A DNA stretch of 64,000 nucleotides, from the NCBI RefSeq assembly GCF_006345805.1, contig NC_043014.1, forward strand, positions 36,952,001-37,016,000, read 5' to 3'. Below the pieces are notes generated by a model, which was given only the letters and a program-made list of their open reading frames with translations, did no database searches and had not been told where the DNA came from. Source of the DNA: Octopus sinensis (lineage: Eukaryota). This document shows, one piece after another, positions 51,401-62,392 of the stretch (its first letter is position 1; every line of letters begins with the position of its first letter). The translations under genes and the position numbers were made by a program.

Positions 51401-53224
51401 CCCCCCACAGATAATAAACAAGCCATTGTAGATCTAATGAGAGTATCAATGGGTCTTATTGCTGATGCTTTACAAGAGTTAGAACAGGTAAGATGGCAAC
51501 TTTCTACCATTGACACATTCTTACATGAAAAGGGGGGGAAAAAATCATAAGAAAGATCTAAGTTTGTTTTTTATTTTTAATGCAGACTATCTGATGGTTG
51601 TTGTAGCATTATTCATCAGTTGATTGCTCATGTGTGTATTTATATCTGTGTGTTAAAAGAAATGTTATCTTTTACATTAAATATACTCATTTTAGCCACA
51701 TTAGGCCCAAATATTCTACTTGTTTCGTGATCAAACTGGGTGGATTAGGCCTTTCACGCCTACCCCATAATGTCATTCTAAAGATATGCTATAACGTCAT
51801 TGAAATCTCAAAGCTACAAGAAGATAATGGGAATTCAAGACTATGTGAATAAATAAGCATTACGTTTGACAGAGTAATCTGAACACTAAAGAGTTAAATT
51901 AGCTGGGAAAAAAATAACAAATGATTTTTTTCATTTTTATTCTTTTGCATGTTTCAGCCCTAAGGTTGTGGCGGTGTTGGAGCACTGCTAGGGATTTGTT
52001 AATTTTGATCAGTGGCTCTCAACCATTTTTTACCTATGAACGGCCTGCTGTGCTTACCTTGGATCGTAGGGCAACCTGCTGTGCTTGAGGAGACCTATTG
52101 TGTCAAGTACATCAACATCAAATAAAAATCTAATGGAAATTGTAGTTGTGATACCTGTGCCGGTAGCACGTAAAACGCACCATCCGAACGTAGCCAATGC
52201 CAGCGCCGCCTTGACTGGCTTCGATGCCGGTGGCACATAAAAAAGCACCAACCGATCGTGGCCGTTGCCAGCCTCCCCTGACACCTATGCCGGCGGCACA
52301 TAAAAGCACCCACTACACTCTCAGAGTGGTTGGTGTTAGGAAGGGCATCCAGCTGTAGAAACACTGCCAGATCAGACTGAAGCCTGGTGCAGCCTCCTGG
52401 CTTCCCAGACCCCGGTCGAACCGTCCAACCCATGCCAGCATGGAAAACAGACGTTAAACGATGATGATGAACACCTTTGATTTCTGTTTTACTCTACTGA
52501 ACCTCCATAGCCATTTACTGTATATTGAAAAACATCCCACTTTATTTTTATAATCAATTATTATTAGGAATTGTGTAAAAAAAAAAATTAAAATATTGTG
52601 TATTATAGAAATATAAGAAATTTATTGCACATAAATTTTAACAAGAAAATCTTATATGGAAACCCCCAAGAGTCATGGATTATGGTTGAAAACCACAGAG
52701 TTAGGTGTTATGGGTTGAAGGGCATATTAGTAAATCAATTTATAACTATTTCACTAATATCACTTAGGCCTTTTAAAAAGTCATGTCTGTCATACCATCT
52801 CATTTCTCCTCTCATCTAAAATGTAAGGTCTTGTAATAAAACATTTAAGATGCATGTATTCTTTGTTCTCTTTCAGGGCGTGACTGAAAACGGTCAGTTT
52901 GATGATATTGATGACATCATGGTTGGTGACCATTGCAATGAAGATGAATGGAGTGAAGAGGACAAGACCTTACTGGGACCCAGTCAGGGTCTCATTAAGG
53001 TTGCTAATCATGTGCTCAAGGAAGCACTAAAGACCACTATGAAAAATGGTAAATGTGACACAGCCAAGCAGATTAGCCAGTATGATGACCTGGCAGACCA
53101 TGTTAAGAAGTTGAGTCCAGCAGTTGACCAACTGGGTATAGCTCTTTATCCACCAATGGGACATCGTTTTGTTCGAGCTTATGTGAGTATTATTATTTTT
53201 TTAATTCACAATGAGTTTGTGTGC

Positions 53225-53262
<38 letters not shown>

Positions 53263-54746
53263 TTAAAAGGGGTGCTGAAAAATTCCTGGCTTTAAGGGTA
53301 TCATGAAAAACCTAGTTGGAATGCCAATCTTCCAAGTTCTTTTAGAAAAGGACTGCTGCAATAAATGTGTGAATCTGAGAGGGATATATGTTGAATAAAA
53401 TTATAATTAACTGATCCTCCTGTATTTTCTTTTACCCAAAACCAGGAACTTTTCAGCACCCAATCGTGTGTGTTGGTGTATATATATATATATATGCACA
53501 CAGATTCATCACAAATTATATATATGCAGAGAGAGAGCAACTGATTTGATAGGCAAAAAAACTAGAGGAAATGTGATGTTAATGTGAATTTTCTTTTTTA
53601 TATTATAACACTAGAATCCCCACCAAATACAAATCTAGTTTGTTTCCTAATTAAAATAGACAACTTCCAAGGTAGTTAAGTAGTTTATACTTAAATTCAT
53701 GGCCGTGGGCATCATAGCCATCAGACTGAACGTGTACAGCACTTAAAATAATGGAGGTGGTGGTGGTGGTCATCATCTTCTTCATGACGAAGCGAGTGGT
53801 AATCGAAAGAGAGACAGAGACAGACAGTGAGGCCGAAAGAGAGAGAGACAGAGCCAGAGAGAGTGGGTGGGTAGAGGTCAAGAACACGAGGGAGAAAAAT
53901 ATTCTTTTGGGATTTGCGTAGCTTAATTTAACGAGACAGCAAATGTTGATAATAGTAAAATAGAATTGAGAAATCTGAGAGTTTTCAGTCAGACAATCTA
54001 AGGCAAAATTAGAGAAATAAGTGCCTGTGTGATAAACTTTAATAGATGAATGATTCAATGAATATGTTGCAGTTAAGGAAATGCGTGAACTAAGGTAATA
54101 TCTTAAGGCCACGACAAGGAAGTCGAAACTACTGAAACTATAATTTACATGATGACATGGTACTGAAATAGACAGGATAATGCAAAGAACTAATAAGGGG
54201 TTTATGATCTGCGCAGAAATAGAAGAGTAGATGAACGAGGTTGAAAAGACAAAACTTCTTATCTGAGCATCTTCTGGGATTCGTATGTATATATATATAT
54301 ATATACATACGAATGACCTTCGAAACGTGGAGTAGATGAAACAAAGGCGACTGGAGAAGGGGAATTTTCCTTGTTTTGTATGTCCTGTACTCTATTTTTT
54401 TGTTGTTTAAGAAAAATGTCCATTTCCTTGGTTTTGTGTTTACGTTTTCATTTCTCATTGTGTTCGACGTTTTTTTGGTGTCCTGTACCCATATATGCAT
54501 GTATATATACATGTAGAGGTAGGTACGTACATATATGTATGTATATATGCATATGTTTTATTTATTTATTAATTTTATATATATATATATACTACAGGCT
54601 TCTTTCAGTTTCCATCTACCAAATCCACTCACAAGACTGGTTAGCCCAAGGCTATAGGCTATACACTTGCCCAAGGTGCCACACAGCGGGACTGAATCCG
54701 GAACCATGTGGTTGGGAAGCAAGCTTCTTACCACACAACCACGCCT

Positions 54747-54826
<80 letters not shown>

Positions 54827-55699
54827 GGGGGTGTGCAAGATCTGGTTGGTGGCCCAACATTCCAATTTCTTTTACAAAACTTAAAAAACTGAAGGACCAC
54901 TGTCATAAGTGTGTGAATCTGAGAGTGAAACATGTTGAATAAAATCAAAATTAACTGATCCTCCTATATTTTCTTTTAAACAAAGGCAAGAACTTTTCAG
55001 CAACCCCTTGTATATATACTCACGTAAACTCTTTTAACACTCCAGTTGTTATACTGCCCACACAAGTACATCTTCTTACTGGTCCACTGTGCCTTTTAAC
55101 AAAGAGAAATTGCAGTGTACTACATCACACAAAACGAAGAAAAGAGACATCAAGCTAAGTGTAATCATAATCGTGGTCAGTGTTGGTGATGTGTGAAAAG
55201 CACCTATGCTGGTAACACGCAAAAGGCATCCATGCCAGTGACACCTAAAAGGCATCTGTGCTGGTGACATGTTAAGGGTACCCTGTACACTCTTTGGAGT
55301 AGTTAGCATTAGGAAGGGCATCCAGCCAGCCATAGAAACCAAGCCAAAACAGATTGGAACCTGGTGCAGTTCTCCAACTAACCAGTGCAGATCAAACTGT
55401 CTAACCCCTGGCAGCATGGAAAATGGACACTATATAATAATGATGATGTTAGTAAGCAAATCAATCCTATACAGTATTAAATAATTAATGAGAGAGGCAG
55501 TACTCAGAGCACAAGACATGCTGAAACATACACAGGCGCAGGAGTGGCTGTGTGGTAAGTAGCTTGTTTACCAACCACATGGTTCCAGGTTCGGTCCCAC
55601 TGTGTGGCACCTTGGGCAAGTGTCTTCTACTATAGCCTCGGGCCAACCAAAGCCTTGTGAGTGGATTTGGTAGATGGAAACTGAAAGAAGCCCGTCGTA

Positions 55700-55748
<49 letters not shown>

Positions 55749-56456
55749 TTGTCCCCCTAGCATTGCTTGACAACTGATGCTGGTGTGTTTATGTCCCCGT
55801 CACTTAGCGGTTCGGCAAAAGAGACCGATAGAATAAGTACTGGGCTTACAAAAGAATAAGTCCCGAGGTCGAGTTGCTCGATTAAAGGCGGTGCTCCAGC
55901 ATGGCCGCAGTCAAATGACTGAAACAAGTAAAAGTAAAAGATAAGATAATGCACTGATTACAAACAAAATATAAGGCCCACCCTGGCTGAAGATTTTCAT
56001 ATTAAATCAATTTTTTTCTTTCCTTTTATTATCATAGTCTGAACACTTGGCTGAAATTTTGAGGAACTTTTTGAACTGTCTCAGGTGAGTCATTGACTTA
56101 TTTTTACTTGAAGTGTTTTTTTTCTGTTTCTTTCTTTTCTTTCTTGCTTGCTTGCTTTGTTTTCACTATTGAAAATTTGTAAGGCTTTAGTTTGGCATTT
56201 CTATAAAACCATTAATATCATCATCATCATTGTTTTAACGCATGAGTCACAGAATTTGTCGAAGCAGATTTTCTTACAGCTAGATGCCCCTGTTTTTGCT
56301 GCCAACCCTTACTTGTGTCCAAGTAATTTCTTTACTTTTTTTTCTTCTTTTTGTAGATCATCACATGTGACTGATGAAGATGATGAGCAGTGGTTGGAAT
56401 TCTTATTAAAGGCTGTTGAGCATAATACAGAGAAAATTCATGGTCTCACGGACTGA
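36974..56456 (+). CDS. CCNDBP1: Cyclin-D1-binding protein 1 (GCIP/DIP1) homolog, complete, 10 coding exons, 332 aa
   Basis: Exons 36974-37052, 42085-42147, 42924-43003, 46039-46120, 47645-47738, 49277-49347, 51411-51487, 52877-53182, 56038-56084 and 56357-56456 total 999 nt, all GT-AG with matching phases. Recognised motifs: FYMLPKTQG, DNKQA..DA..ELEQ, acidic linker + WSEEDKTLL, DDL.D....LSPAVDQL..ALYPPM, W.EFL.KAVEHN. Confidence 0.92.
38140..38344 (+). mobile_element. SINE family B copy with 12-bp TSD
   Basis: TATATATAGATA at 38128-38139 and 38345-38356. Confidence 0.85.
39131..41114 (+). mobile_element. 5'-truncated RTE-like LINE with a Cys/His finger inside the RT; nearly intact (one stop, one frameshift seen)
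   Basis: ORFs 39155..39676, 39728..40627 and 40624..40968: NYRGIKLL, MQFGF, DLEKAFDRV, GVHQGSALSP, LLYADD. TGA at 39674-39676, frameshift near 40615, then 3' UTR leading into the tandem-unit repeat. Confidence 0.92.
41660..42028 (-). mobile_element. SINE family A copy, ending about 55 bp upstream of CCNDBP1 exon 2
   Basis: Reverse complement of the family-A sequence. Confidence 0.88.
42085..42147 (+). CDS. CCNDBP1: CCNDBP1 coding exon 2
   Basis: tttttag|ATGGCG...CAAATAA|gtatgc; DGESDHAENTYYTKDEYWNQI. Confidence 0.85.
   Translation: MANQIMLRTPIILKMNTGIK
42924..43003 (+). CDS. CCNDBP1: CCNDBP1 coding exon 3
   Basis: ctctttcag|GAAATA...CCAGAA|gtaagt; RNISLSLSHDVTLISMAFSKTPYPTPE. Confidence 0.88.
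43288..43689 (+). mobile_element. SINE family B head-to-tail dimer (full copy + 5'-truncated copy)
   Basis: AATTTGGAAGCAT at 43268-43280 and 43690-43702 flanks both units together. Confidence 0.82.
44453..44838 (+). mobile_element. tRNA-derived SINE family A (representative full copy). Others: 3224-3598(-), 9340-9718(+), 41660-42028(-), 55534-55938(+), 58298-58660(+), 63525-63919(+). Partial copies at about 75-240, 25085-25260, 30982-31140, 47965-48130, 54590-54748, 57866-58012
   Basis: Head ggcgcaggagTGGCTGTGTGGtaag (A-box-like) and GGTTCAGTCCC (B-box-like), internal (TA)n/(TG)n, tail ...aaatgactgaaacaagtaaaagag; about 380 bp, many near-identical copies. Confidence 0.9.
46039..46120 (+). 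CDS. CCNDBP1: CCNDBP1 coding exon 4
   Basis: tcttttag|GCTGTA...ACACAAG|gtatta; AVTKMLSKLEMTALTLVSSFYMLPKTQ. Confidence 0.88.
47645..47738 (+). CDS. CCNDBP1: CCNDBP1 coding exon 5
   Basis: aataaag|GTTTGT...GTGCCAG|gtaagt; GLLLRDSFKKSTIELIEKVNTFIKSIQTGSA. Confidence 0.85.
48340..48786 (+). mobile_element. 3' fragment of a further RTE-like LINE lineage
   Basis: Translates as RRLWWFGHALQHPHDKLVQKV..., the RTE C-terminal W.GH motif, with stops; ends gggtgaatgccgttacaag. Confidence 0.65.
48826..49100 (+). mobile_element. RTE 3' UTR/tail copy
   Basis: Two units plus the conserved tail and (GAT)n. Confidence 0.8.
49277..49347 (+). CDS. CCNDBP1: CCNDBP1 coding exon 6
   Basis: ctccccag|TTCCCC...CCAAAAG|gtaaat; SSPEMLYKTGIVWEHSDFFSSQPK. 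Confidence 0.87.
49516..49966 (-). mobile_element. Non-autonomous Helitron, second family (451 bp)
   Basis: Minus strand A|TCTATACATATAAAGC-(TG)n...ctatactgCTAG|T; degenerate subterminal hairpin; internal sequence not evidently related to the 32-kb copy. Confidence 0.75.
50005..50320 (+). mobile_element. tRNA-derived SINE family C, uninterrupted copy
   Basis: ggcacgtagcttagtgg...gagttcaattc head; matches the split copy at 14.5/16.7 kb. Confidence 0.75.
50870..51305 (+). mobile_element. RTE 3' UTR array copy (same subtype as 4044-4575)
   Basis: gcaccatacgagtgtgatc units plus a partial tail. Confidence 0.78.
51411..51487 (+). CDS. CCNDBP1: CCNDBP1 coding exon 7
   Basis: ccccacag|ATAATA...GAACAG|gtaaga; DNKQAIVDLMRVSMGLIADALQELEQ. 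Confidence 0.9.
52010..52698. mobile_element. hAT-like MITE interrupted by an RTE 3' fragment (52042-52466)
   Basis: TIRs CAGTGGCTCTCAACCAT (52010-52026) / ATGGTTGAAAACCACAG (52682-52698), 14/17 match; ATGAAC duplicated at 52036-52041 and 52467-52472 around the insert. Confidence 0.7.
52877..53182 (+). CDS. CCNDBP1: CCNDBP1 coding exon 8
   Basis: ctctttcag|GGCGTG...GCTTAT|gtgagt; 306 nt, GVTENGQFDD...LYPPMGHRFVRAY (inside ORF 52850..53266). Confidence 0.92.
53268..53462. mobile_element. Tc1/mariner-like MITE (related copy at about 54824-55012)
   Basis: TIRs GGGGTGCTGAAAAATTCCTGG / CCAGGAACTTTTCAGCACCC in a TA-rich context; internal gtgtgaatctgagag...attaactgatcctcct shared by both copies. 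Confidence 0.7.
54070..54285. repeat. Dispersed repeat of unassigned class; inverted second copy at about 58050-58260
   Basis: gaaaagacaaaacttcttatctgagcatcttctg (54243-54277) is the reverse complement of cagaagatgctcagataagaagttttgtcttttc (58062-58095); similarity extends about 200 bp. Confidence 0.75.
54762..54823. repeat. (CA)n microsatellite, about 30 units
   Basis: Direct reading. Confidence 0.95.
55534..55938 (+). mobile_element. SINE family A copy
   Basis: Family-A head, (TA)n core and tail. Confidence 0.88.
56038..56084 (+). CDS. CCNDBP1: CCNDBP1 coding exon 9
   Basis: atcatag|TCTGAA...TCTCAG|gtgagt; SEHLAEILRNFLNCL. Confidence 0.87.
56357..56456 (+). CDS. CCNDBP1: CCNDBP1 terminal coding exon
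   Basis: tttttgtag|ATCATC...GACTGA; RSSHVTDEDDEQWLEFLLKAVEHNTEKIHGLTD*. Confidence 0.9.
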
Positions 56457-56497
56457 CACTAATAGTATTCTTGTATATACACTTCTGAAGAACTGTA

Positions 56498-56503
56498 AAT
56501 AAA
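56498..56503 (+). terminator. Putative poly(A) signal of CCNDBP1
   Basis: AATAAA 41 nt past the stop, followed by GTTTTTTTG and further U-rich sequence. Confidence 0.6.
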
Positions 56504-57329
56504 AGTTTTTTTGTAAAGTGAACAATTGTTTGTTTTTTTCAGTGGCTTCAATTTTGACTTGACTAAAGCACCTATTAAAGCTATTATTGTGAGAAGCAAT
56601 CTTTGGTCTATGCACCACTGGTCATCCTTTCACTCTTTATCTATCATTCCCTACATCCACCTTTCAACCCAACCCAGTCTTTACATTGTTGCCTACCTCC
56701 CCTCTCCCATGCTCACCTAGTTCCTCTGTCCCCTCACTCCTTATCTTGTACCTTAAGGATCCACCTGTACTTGAAGCTCCTACTAATCATTCTCACCCTC
56801 TCTTCTGTTACCAACGGGCTGAAACCAGCTCTGGCTCTGAGTACAAATACCTTGTTTTCATTAGTTTTGAATTAAAATCTTCCACCAAACCTTAGTCACA
56901 ATTTATGTTCCTAACACTAGCTTAATGATAACTATGTTATTCTACTAATTTCTTTGTTATATTTAAAGTAATTGAAAGAAACACAGAACCTCTCAAAATA
57001 AATACAGTAATGAAAGGGCCTTATTAATGTAGCTGCTCTACAATAAGAACCAGCTCCCCGCTCACTCCACTTTCATACTTTAACCAACCCTCATCTCCTG
57101 GTGTAAAGACAACCCCCATTTCCCTGCCTTGGGTTTGGTTGTCTTGCAAGCAACATGGTGACCTGACTAGACTTGGTAGCACGAAATAAGTGCACAGTAC
57201 ACACTACTGTAAAGTGGTTCGCATTAGGAAGGGCATCCAGCTACAGGAACCATCCCAAAGCAGACAGTGGAGCATGTTAGTTAATTTTTTGGCTCAAAAA
57301 GCGAAAAGCAAGGCCATGTAGGGGGACAT

Positions 57330-57745
57330 GGAGTTATGTAGAAGGTGGTGTTCATGTAAAGAGTTCAGGCCACTTGTGGTCAAGGGAGACTTTGAACCGA
57401 GCGGTCGTCGGCATCTTCACTATCTCGTCCGGCAGCTTATTCCACGGATCCACAACCCGGACAGAGAAAGCCCCTCTCCTTCGATTGAGATGAAATCGTC
57501 GCAGATAGAGCTTTTCGGAGTGACCCCGCAGCTGACGCTCTGGAGCAGGAGTGAAGAACAGCTCTTTCGAGAGGTTACACTTTCCGCTTATGATGTTGTG
57601 AGCAAGAATGAGATCACCACATCGTCATCGTTTTTCTAGAGAATAAAGGTCGAGCATCTTCAGCCTTTCTTCATAAGACAAATGCTTGAGACCAAGAACC
57701 ATGCGGGTAGCCAGCTTCTGGACTCTTTCGAGATGCTGTATGTCT
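57330..57745 (-). mobile_element. CR1-like LINE 3' fragment (second lineage)
   Basis: Minus-strand translation [33 protein letters not shown], then RGHSEKL and FSVRVVDPWNKLP. Confidence 0.85.
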
Positions 57746-58297
57746 TTGAGGATCCAGTCTAGACTCGTTGGATCCCATAAAACTATCCAACCCATGACAG
57801 CATGGAGGATGAACATTGAATGATGAGATGAGACAGAGCAAAAGAATTCTTAGATATTTATAAGCATACAGGCAAGGCTGTGTGGTAAGAAGCTTGCTTC
57901 CCAACCACATGGGTCCGTGTTCAGTCATACTGCATGGCACTTTGGGCAAGTGTCTTCTATAGCCTCAATCAACCAAAGCCTTGAGTAGATTTGTTAGATA
58001 GAAACTAAAAGAAGCATTCCCTTAATCGATTTTTAACATCTCTGCCGAAGGATACAAATCTCAGAAGATGCTCAGATAAGAAGTTTTGTCTTTTCAACCT
58101 CATTCATCTACTCTTCTATTTCTGCACAGATCATAATCCCCTTATTAGTTCTTCTCAATATTCTGTCTATTTCATGACCATGTAAATATAGTTTCAATAG
58201 TTTCGTCTTCCTCGTTGTTGCCTTAAGATATTACCTTAGTTCACACATATCCTTAACCGCCACATAATCATTTATTCAAGTTTATCACACAGTTTAT

Positions 58298-58660
58298 AGG
58301 CGCAGGAGTGGCTGTGTGGTAAGTAGCTTGCTAACCAACCACATGGTTGGGGGTTCAGTCCCACTGCATGGCATCTTGGGCAAGTGTCTTCTGCTATAGC
58401 TCCGGGCTGACCAATGCCTTGTGAGTGGATTTGGTAGACGGAAACTGAAAGAAGCCTGTCGTATATATGTGTTTGTCCCCCTAGCATTGCTTGACAACCG
58501 ATGCTGGTGTGTTTACGTCCCCGTAACTTAGTGGTTCGGCAAAAGAGACCAATAGAATAAGTACTGGGCTTACAAAGAATAAGTCCCAGGGTCGATTTGC
58601 TCAACTAAAGGCGGTGCTCCAGCATGGCCGCAGTCAAATGACTGAAACAAGTAAAAGAGA
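58298..58660 (+). mobile_element. SINE family A copy
   Basis: Family-A head and tail. Confidence 0.88.
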
Positions 58661-59084
58661 GTCACTTATTTCTCTAATTTTGTCATAGATTGGCTGACTG
58701 AAAACTAAGATTTTTCAATTCTATTTTACTACTATCAACATATAAACTAGCGCACACACTTGGATTCCCCTACTCTATTTTTGATACCTCCAACGAAAGA
58801 ATACGTATCCAGAAGATGCTCTTGTCTAAATTTGCTAGTTCGCTGTGTGCCTGCCCTCCCACCCACTCCATCTGTATCAGAAGTTCCTATCCTCTGTCAT
58901 CATTTGGTTGTCTCCCATGAACACTTCTAAAGGCTTTACACCATCCCCACTCTTACTTAGGGTTTATCTCCTATGTAAGGTAGTGATGATATAGTGCAAA
59001 AATATAATTGTGTAGTGTATGCAGGTTGAATTGAAGGCTATTATTTGTTTATGAATTCTGCCAAATGCGAGCTTTCTTTTCTGG

Positions 59085-62000
59085 TACATGACACTGCTGT
59101 CCCCCGTCTCAGGGTCTCATGGGCCCACACCCGCCTAACCCTTAGGATTGGCACTCTCAATGTTGGCACACTGAAAGGTAGGTCTGGAGAGATTGTTGAG
59201 ATGCTTGAACGATTTGTACCACCTCCAAGTAGTAAGGTGGAGAGGAGGTTCCTCACAGGCAAAGAACACAGGTACAAGATTTTCTGGGCAGGGATCTCTG
59301 ATAGGGTTGGGGCATGGGTATATTTTGCAGAGAAATGGGTTGATAAGGTAATCGAAGTAGTCAGAGTATGCGTCAGAATACTTAAGATTAGATTAGTGCT
59401 TCATGACTGGTTAGCAACCATTATCTTGACCTATGCCCTTCGGCCAGGGCTACCTGATGGACAGAAAGACCGATTTTATGACACCTCTTGCAGACTACCT
59501 CGTTGATGAATGACAGGGACCTTCTCTTCGTGACTACTAACTTCAACGGATGTGCTGGACAACATGCAGGGCCCTCCATGGAGGTTACGGTTTTGGTTCC
59601 CGCAATGAGGGAACCAGGCTGCTGGACTTCTGCAATGCAAATGATCTTATGGTTTGCTATACTAACTTCAGGAAACCTGCCAGTTACCTAGTCACCAACC
59701 GTTCTGCCTGACACACTAGCCAAATTGACTACATCCTTGCCAGGAAAAGGGAAAGATGGCTGCTTATAAATGCCAAAACCTTCCCAGGCGAAGAATGTAC
59801 CCAACATAGACTGGTAGTCAGCGACTTCAGGATCAGGGCTAAATAAATGGAAGCCCAGAAGACGACCAGCATGGAGGAGAAGGGTCTGGAAGCTTAAAGA
59901 TCCTGTGAATGGACAGAGATTTAGAGACATATTACTCGAAGCCTCTGATGAAATAGAAGGGGATATAGCTTCACTCGATGTGGAAGACAACTGGAGGTTT
60001 CTACAGGACAACCTATTGAAGGCCACTGACCATATCTGTGGATGGTGCAAAATCCCCTCTTGACCCAAAATAATGTGGTGGTGGAACAATGTTGTTGACA
60101 GGGCTATTAGAGAAAAGAAACAGGCTTGGAAGAATGGTGGTAGCAGGGAATTGTATCAGACTGCCAGAAGGGAAGCTAGGAGACAGGTTTATTTAGCCAG
60201 AGGGGAAGCAGATAAGAAAAAATTTGCCAATATTCTGTGCCGTGAGGACCAAAGACTTGAGGTATTTCATGTTGCAAGACAGTGTGTGAGAGAGAATCAT
60301 GATGTAGGAGAGAAATGTGTCCGCATGGATAATGGTTCACTTGCACTAAATGAGGCTGCTAAGAGAGAGGTTTGGAGACGCTACTATGAAAGGTTGCTCA
60401 ATAAAGAGAATGAATGGGAGAAAGAGAGTCTGCCGAATGTTGACCCAACAGAGGGACCATCAGGAATCACTGCAGAGATGTTCAAAATATCTGGCGGTGT
60501 TGGCTATAGCCAAGTCACCCATATAGTTAACCAGGTGATATATGAAGGAGTCATACCCAATGACTGGTGTAGCAGAACCATAGTCAACTGCTACAAAGAT
60601 AAAGGTGACACTTTAGATACAAATAATTACAAAGGTATCAAGTTGTTGGATCAGGTAATGAAGGTCACGGAGAGGGTCATAGCCCAACTAATTAGGGAGA
60701 GTCAGTTTGGGTTCATGCCAGGGAAAAGCACCACTGATGCTATATTTCTGGTAAGACAGCTGCAGGAGAAATACCTAGCCACAGATAAACCTCTGTACTT
60801 GGCTTTCATTGACATGGAGAAAGCCTTTGACAGGGTCCCCCCATCCCTTATCTGGTGGTCAATGAGGAAACTAGGGATAGATGAATGGTTAGTGAGAGCT
60901 CTCTCCAGGTAGATGGCCCTGCTCGATCTGTAGAAAAGGTGTAAGTAGAAACTCTATAAGATGTACCCAGTGTAAGCTATGGACACATAAGAGGTGCAGC
61001 AATATCAAAGGAAGGCTAACTGGGAAGATAGTTTTTGTATGTGGCAGATGCTCAGGAGCAATAAATAATGAAAATGTGCAGAGAACAACTTCTGCCACAT
61101 TCCAGGGAGAAAAACTAGAAGTAGTTGATAGCTTCTGTTATCTAGGTGACCAAGTCAGTAGCAGGGGTGGGTGCACTGAAAGTGTAGCTGCTAGAATAAG
61201 AAAATAAGAATAGCCTGGGCAAAGTTCAGAGAGCTCTTACCTCTGCTGGTGACAAAGGGCCTCTCACTCAGAGTAAAAGGTAGACTGTATGATGGATGTG
61301 TACGAACAGCCATGCTACATGGCAGTGAAACATGGGCCATGACTGTTGAGAACATGCGTAAGCTTGCAAGGAATGAAGCCAGTATGCTCTGCTGGATGTG
61401 TAATGTCAGTGTGCATACTTGACAGAGTGTAAGTACCTTGAGAGAAAGGTTGGACATAAGAAGCATCAGATGTGGTGTGCAAGAGAGACGACTGAGCTGG
61501 TATGGTCATGTGGTGAGAATGGATGAGGATAGCTGTGTGAAAAAGTGCCACACCCTAGCGGTTGAAGGACCTGGGATGAGGTGGTGAAGCACAACCTTCG
61601 AACATTAGGCCTCACCGAGGCAATGACTAGTGACTGAGACCTTTGGAAATATGCTGTGCTTGAGAAGACTCAGCAAGCCAAGTGAGACCATAACCCGTGA
61701 CCTATGCCAGGGGTGTAACCAGCCCACTTATGCATACCTTTCCTGCATTAGACATTAAACTCTGCTTGCGACGACCTGTTGAGGCAAGTGAAATCGAAAT
61801 CGGAATCAAATTTGATGACTGGCATCCTTCCTCATGGAGCACTAAGAGCACTATCCGAGCATGATCATTGCCAAAGCAGCTGAGTGGCTTCCGTGCCGGC
61901 GGCACATAAAAAGCACCATTCGAGCGTGATCATTACCAGGGTTGCCTTACTGGCCAGTGACACATAAAAAAATATTAAAGCGAGGTTGTTGCCAGTGCTG

Positions 62001-62250
62001 CTAGACCGGTTCCTGAGCAGGTGGCACATAAAAAACACCATTTGAGCATGGCCGTTGCCACTACCGCCTGAGTGGCTCTCGTGCCGGTGGCATGTAAAAG
62101 CACCCACTACATAGGAAGGGCATCCAGCTGTAGAAACTCTACCAGATCAGATTGGAACCTGGTGCAGCCATCTAATTCGCCAGTCCTCAGTCAAATCGTC
62201 CAACCCATGCTAGCATGGAAAGCAAACGTTAAACAATGATGATGATGATG
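59085..62250 (+). mobile_element. Degenerate, near-full-length copy of the same RTE family (endonuclease + RT remnants + 3' UTR array + tail)
   Basis: IGTLNVGTL (AP endonuclease start), IDYIL-like segment near 59720, RT ORF 60073..60912 with an internal deletion removing the YADD region, Cys finger 60913-61050, then 3' UTR, tandem units and the CCATGCTAGCATGG...(GAT)n tail. Confidence 0.88.
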
Positions 62251-62392
62251 ATGTGTGTGTTTGCCCCCAACCACTTGACAATCGGTGTTGGTGTGTTTAC
62301 ATCCCAGTAACATAGCAGTTCATCAAGAAAGATTGATAGAATGAGTACTAGGCTTAAAAGAAATAAGCCCTGGGAGGTCAATTTATATGATA

